Below the pieces are notes generated by a model. The model did no database searches. It saw only the letters and a list, made by a program, of their open reading frames with translations, and had not been told where the DNA came from. Shown in pieces: positions 61,478-64,000 of a stretch of 64,000 nt of DNA (position 1 is its first letter; each line of letters begins with the position of its first letter). The translations under genes were made by a program, and so were the position numbers. Origin of the DNA: Anaeromyxobacter sp. (GTDB lineage: Bacteria > Myxococcota > Myxococcia > Myxococcales > Anaeromyxobacteraceae); contig JASGJN010000007.1 in NCBI GenBank assembly GCA_049840735.1, positions 64,001-128,000 of the forward strand, read 5' to 3'.

Positions 61478-62194
61478 TCACAGGTGCTGGATGCGCTGCT
61501 CGGGCGCCGGGGCGTCGTCGTCGTGGCCGTCCGGCAGCTGCCGCTCCAGGGCCCGCGCCACCGCGTCGCGCGCGCCCAGCCCGACCGCCAGCGCCGCCGC
61601 CAGCATCACCCCGCCCAGCACGATCCCGAAGGCCAGGGTGGCGAGGCCGCCCCCCACGCCCACGTGCTCGAGCGCCATGGCGGCGGCCAGCACCAGCACC
61701 AGCCACTTCACCGCCAGCGCCAGGTGGTGGGCCTGGCGGATTTGCCGGTTCACCGCGCCGATGAGCACGCTCCGCTCCAGGAAGCGGGCCGCCCCGATCC
61801 CCACCAGCAGGATCAGCGCCCCCACCACCAGCCGCGGCAGGAAGCCCAGCAAGGAGAGCCCCACCGCGGTGGTGGTGCTGGCGCCCAGCACGTCCAGCGC
61901 CAGGGCCACCCCGCCCAGCAGCACGAACCAGAAGGCGCCGCGGGCGATGAGCCAGGAGGGCTCGTGCCGCGCGTCGAGCGGGCCGCCGCCGCTGGTCATG
62001 CCCCACTCGCGGGCGCGCCGGTCGAACCCCATGCGCGCCAGCCCGCGGCGCAAGCCGGCCCGGATGAGCGCCGCCACCACCAGCGCGCCCACCAGCACCA
62101 GCAGCATGGCCACCAGCCCCGGCAGGTCGGCCACCAGCACCGCCGAGAGCCGGCCGAAGGCCGCCGACAGGACCTGCTCCACGCGCTCCCACAT
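61478..62194 (-). CDS. Conserved TM-helix (MscS N-terminal-like) membrane protein
   Basis: MWERVEQVL..LPGLVAMLLVL; FLPRLVVGALIL; ALAVGLGARD; own RBS and ATG. Confidence 0.8.
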   Translation of the reverse strand: MWERVEQVLSAAFGRLSAVLVADLPGLVAMLLVLVGALVVAALIRAGLRRGLARMGFDRRAREWGMTSGGGPLDARHEPSWLIARGAFWFVLLGGVALALDVLGASTTTAVGLSLLGFLPRLVVGALILLVGIGAARFLERSVLIGAVNRQIRQAHHLALAVKWLVLVLAAAMALEHVGVGGGLATLAFGIVLGGVMLAAALAVGLGARDAVARALERQLPDGHDDDAPAPEQRIQHL

Positions 62195-62225
62195 GGCTTC
62201 GACCCTCCCTGTGAACGGCCGCCCG

Positions 62226-63451
62226 CTACGGGCTGAGCGATCCGGCCAGCGCCACCGCGAGATGAGGTAGGGCTTCTCGGCCTCGAACGCCGCGCAGAGC
62301 CGCTCGACGCGCGCCTCGGCCTGATCCGGGCCCATCGCCGCCACCTCGTTGACCCAGCCCGCCACCCACCCCAGGTAGAGCGGCGTCATGGAGCGGAGCA
62401 GCTGGTCGCGGTCCATCCGCTTGGCGTACCAGCCCACCGCGAAGTCGTAGACCACCCGGGCCCAGATGGCGTCGGGCACGCGGAAGGCCTCGGCCGGCTC
62501 GCGCTGGATCCGCTGCAGCGCCAGCATGGTCTGCGGCGGGAGGACCTCGCTCCAGAGCCGCCGCAGGTCCTGCCAGCCCAGCGCGAAGGCCGAGACCAGC
62601 GGCCCCGGCGCCGGCGGCGGCACCGGCTCCTCCGGCGCGCGCTCCCCGCCCGGCAGGCCGAAGGTCGGCACCGGCTGCGAGCCGCGCACGCGCTGCCAGC
62701 GCGGCGCGTGCAGCTCCATCTCGTGGAAGACCGGCCCCAGCACCCGGGCCACCGTGCCGGCCACGTCGGCCGGCGGCGCGGGCCGGCGCGGCCGCGGCCC
62801 CAGCACCACCTGGGCCATGCGGCTGTCCCGGGCGATGGCCTTGGTGATGACCCACAGGTCGCCGCCGGCGTGGGCCGGGTCGGTGCGCCAGGACTCGTCG
62901 TGCAGCAGCGCCTCGGCCAGGCGGCGGGAGAGCACGATGTCCGGGCCGAGCGGCTGGCGCAGCCGGTGGCCGAAGAGGGCGCGGGTCAGCGGGTAGACGA
63001 TGCCGGTGACCAGCACGCCCTCGAACGGCCCGCGGGCCGGCGCGGGGGCCACCAGGTCGAAGCCGCCCTCCAGCACCGGCTGGAGCAGCGCGCGGGCGAA
63101 GTCCGGGCCGGCCGGGAGCGGCTGCCCCTCCAGCAGCGCGCAGGCCGGCGCCCCCTGGGCCACCGCCAGCTCCAGCAGCGTGGGCAGGGCGCCGCCGGGG
63201 CCGGTGTGACCGCCGGTGTACACCAGCGGCGGGACCTCTCCCTCCGCCGGGAGCGGATCGCCGGGGGCCAGCGCCCCACGCGGATCCGGCGTGAGCAGGA
63301 CGGTGAGCGAGGGGCGGCCCGCCAGCGCCTGCTTCAGCCCGGCGCGGAGCGCCTGCGCCGTCTCGGTGGCCGCCAGCGCGTCGGGCTCGGACAGCACGCC
63401 GACGACGGCCTGCGGGGCCACGGCCTCGCCCGCTCGTGAAGGATCCAGCAC
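62226..63451 (-). CDS. GT2-fold glycosyltransferase (glucosylglycerate-synthase-like); -1 indel at ~62236 falsely fuses it to the next gene
   Basis: LLQPVLEGGFDLVAP, IVYPLTRALFG..LRQPLG, WARVVYDFA, PLYLGWVA, FEAEKPYLISRW; adding one T gives WPDRFSP* at 62226. Confidence 0.8.
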
Positions 63452-63582
63452 GCGGACAACCTAACCGGTCTCCGGGTGGAAGGGGGCACCTTCCCCACCG
63501 GCCGGGACCGTCTCCGGAAGGGGCGATGCACCCTATAGATCAGCCGGGGCGCGCAGGGAACCGCCAGCCGCCGCCGGACGGC

Positions 63583-64000
63583 TCAGCGGGTCCGGAGGCA
63601 GCGCTGGAAGAACGGGGCCATCGAGCCCTCCACCCGGTCGCGGGACAGCTCGTGGCCGCCCTTGAACTCCTCGACCTCCCACCCGAGGCCCCGCTCGGTG
63701 CTCAGCTTGCGGAGGTAGCGCACCCCCTCGAGGATCCAGGGGTAGGCCTCGTCCGTGCCGACCTCGACGTGCACCGCCGCCAGCGCAGGCTTCCGCTGGG
63801 CGTAGGCGTCGAGCTTCTCCGCCCACTGGCCGAACCCCTGCTCCCAGCGGGCGATCACCGCCGCGTCGGCAGGGGAGCCGTCCCAGGTCGGGATGTCGCA
63901 GAGCGAGTCCTTGCTGGAGGGGTTGGGCGCGAAGGCGCGGCCGTAGGCCTCGTGGAACGTCCGATCCCAGATGTCGAAGGCGGACTTCATGTCGCCGGGC
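63583..64000 (-). CDS. C-terminal part of a putative alpha/beta-hydrolase (esterase-like), truncated by the window edge
   Basis: VEVGTDE..., EEFKGGH (Asp/His catalytic-type motifs). Confidence 0.55.
   Translation of the reverse strand, partial: PGDMKSAFDIWDRTFHEAYGRAFAPNPSSKDSLCDIPTWDGSPADAAVIARWEQGFGQWAEKLDAYAQRKPALAAVHVEVGTDEAYPWILEGVRYLRKLSTERGLGWEVEEFKGGHELSRDRVEGSMAPFFQRCLRTR

Noticed and set aside
61478..63451. Apparent glycosyltransferase-membrane protein fusion (657 aa)
   Set aside because: One missing base at ~62236 removes the natural ...WPDRFSP* stop; the downstream gene has its own RBS and ATG
63466..63510. Imperfect long hairpin upstream of the glycosyltransferase
   Set aside because: Expected by chance at this GC content; no U-tract, no second copy and no recognisable RNA motif

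Overview
Very GC-rich chromosomal window whose gene content (zinc-ribbon GltJ/AgmX-like protein, HDOD protein, poly-HAMP kinase, hemerythrin) points to a myxobacterium of the Anaeromyxobacter type. It holds about 45 mostly housekeeping, metabolic or signalling genes and no rRNA, tRNA, CRISPR, phage or transposase. Main blocks: rsgA; leuA; a translationally coupled DUF2760-Hsp70-Hsp70/DUF3731 operon; a ~1,800-aa poly-HAMP hybrid kinase divergent from a second kinase; a DUF523/DUF1722-class II photolyase-SDR operon; 2-oxoacid:acceptor oxidoreductase with hemerythrin; a TetR-RND efflux operon; pntAB; and a treS/MscS/amylase/malQ/glycosyltransferase region. Most interesting: (1) the uncharacterised DUF2760 plus twin atypical Hsp70 module, where DUF2760 may be a membrane-associated GrpE-like cofactor; (2) a palindromic repeat inserted in-frame in the DUF2760 gene, with intergenic copies elsewhere; (3) a Leu-rich leader peptide with alternative RNA pairings upstream of a LeuA that lacks its feedback domain; (4) a candidate C-loop sRNA behind the RND gene; (5) single-base indels at about 14 sites, nine at or beside GATC, probably sequencing errors that betray a GATC DNA modification. 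Family names come from motif recognition, not database searches.
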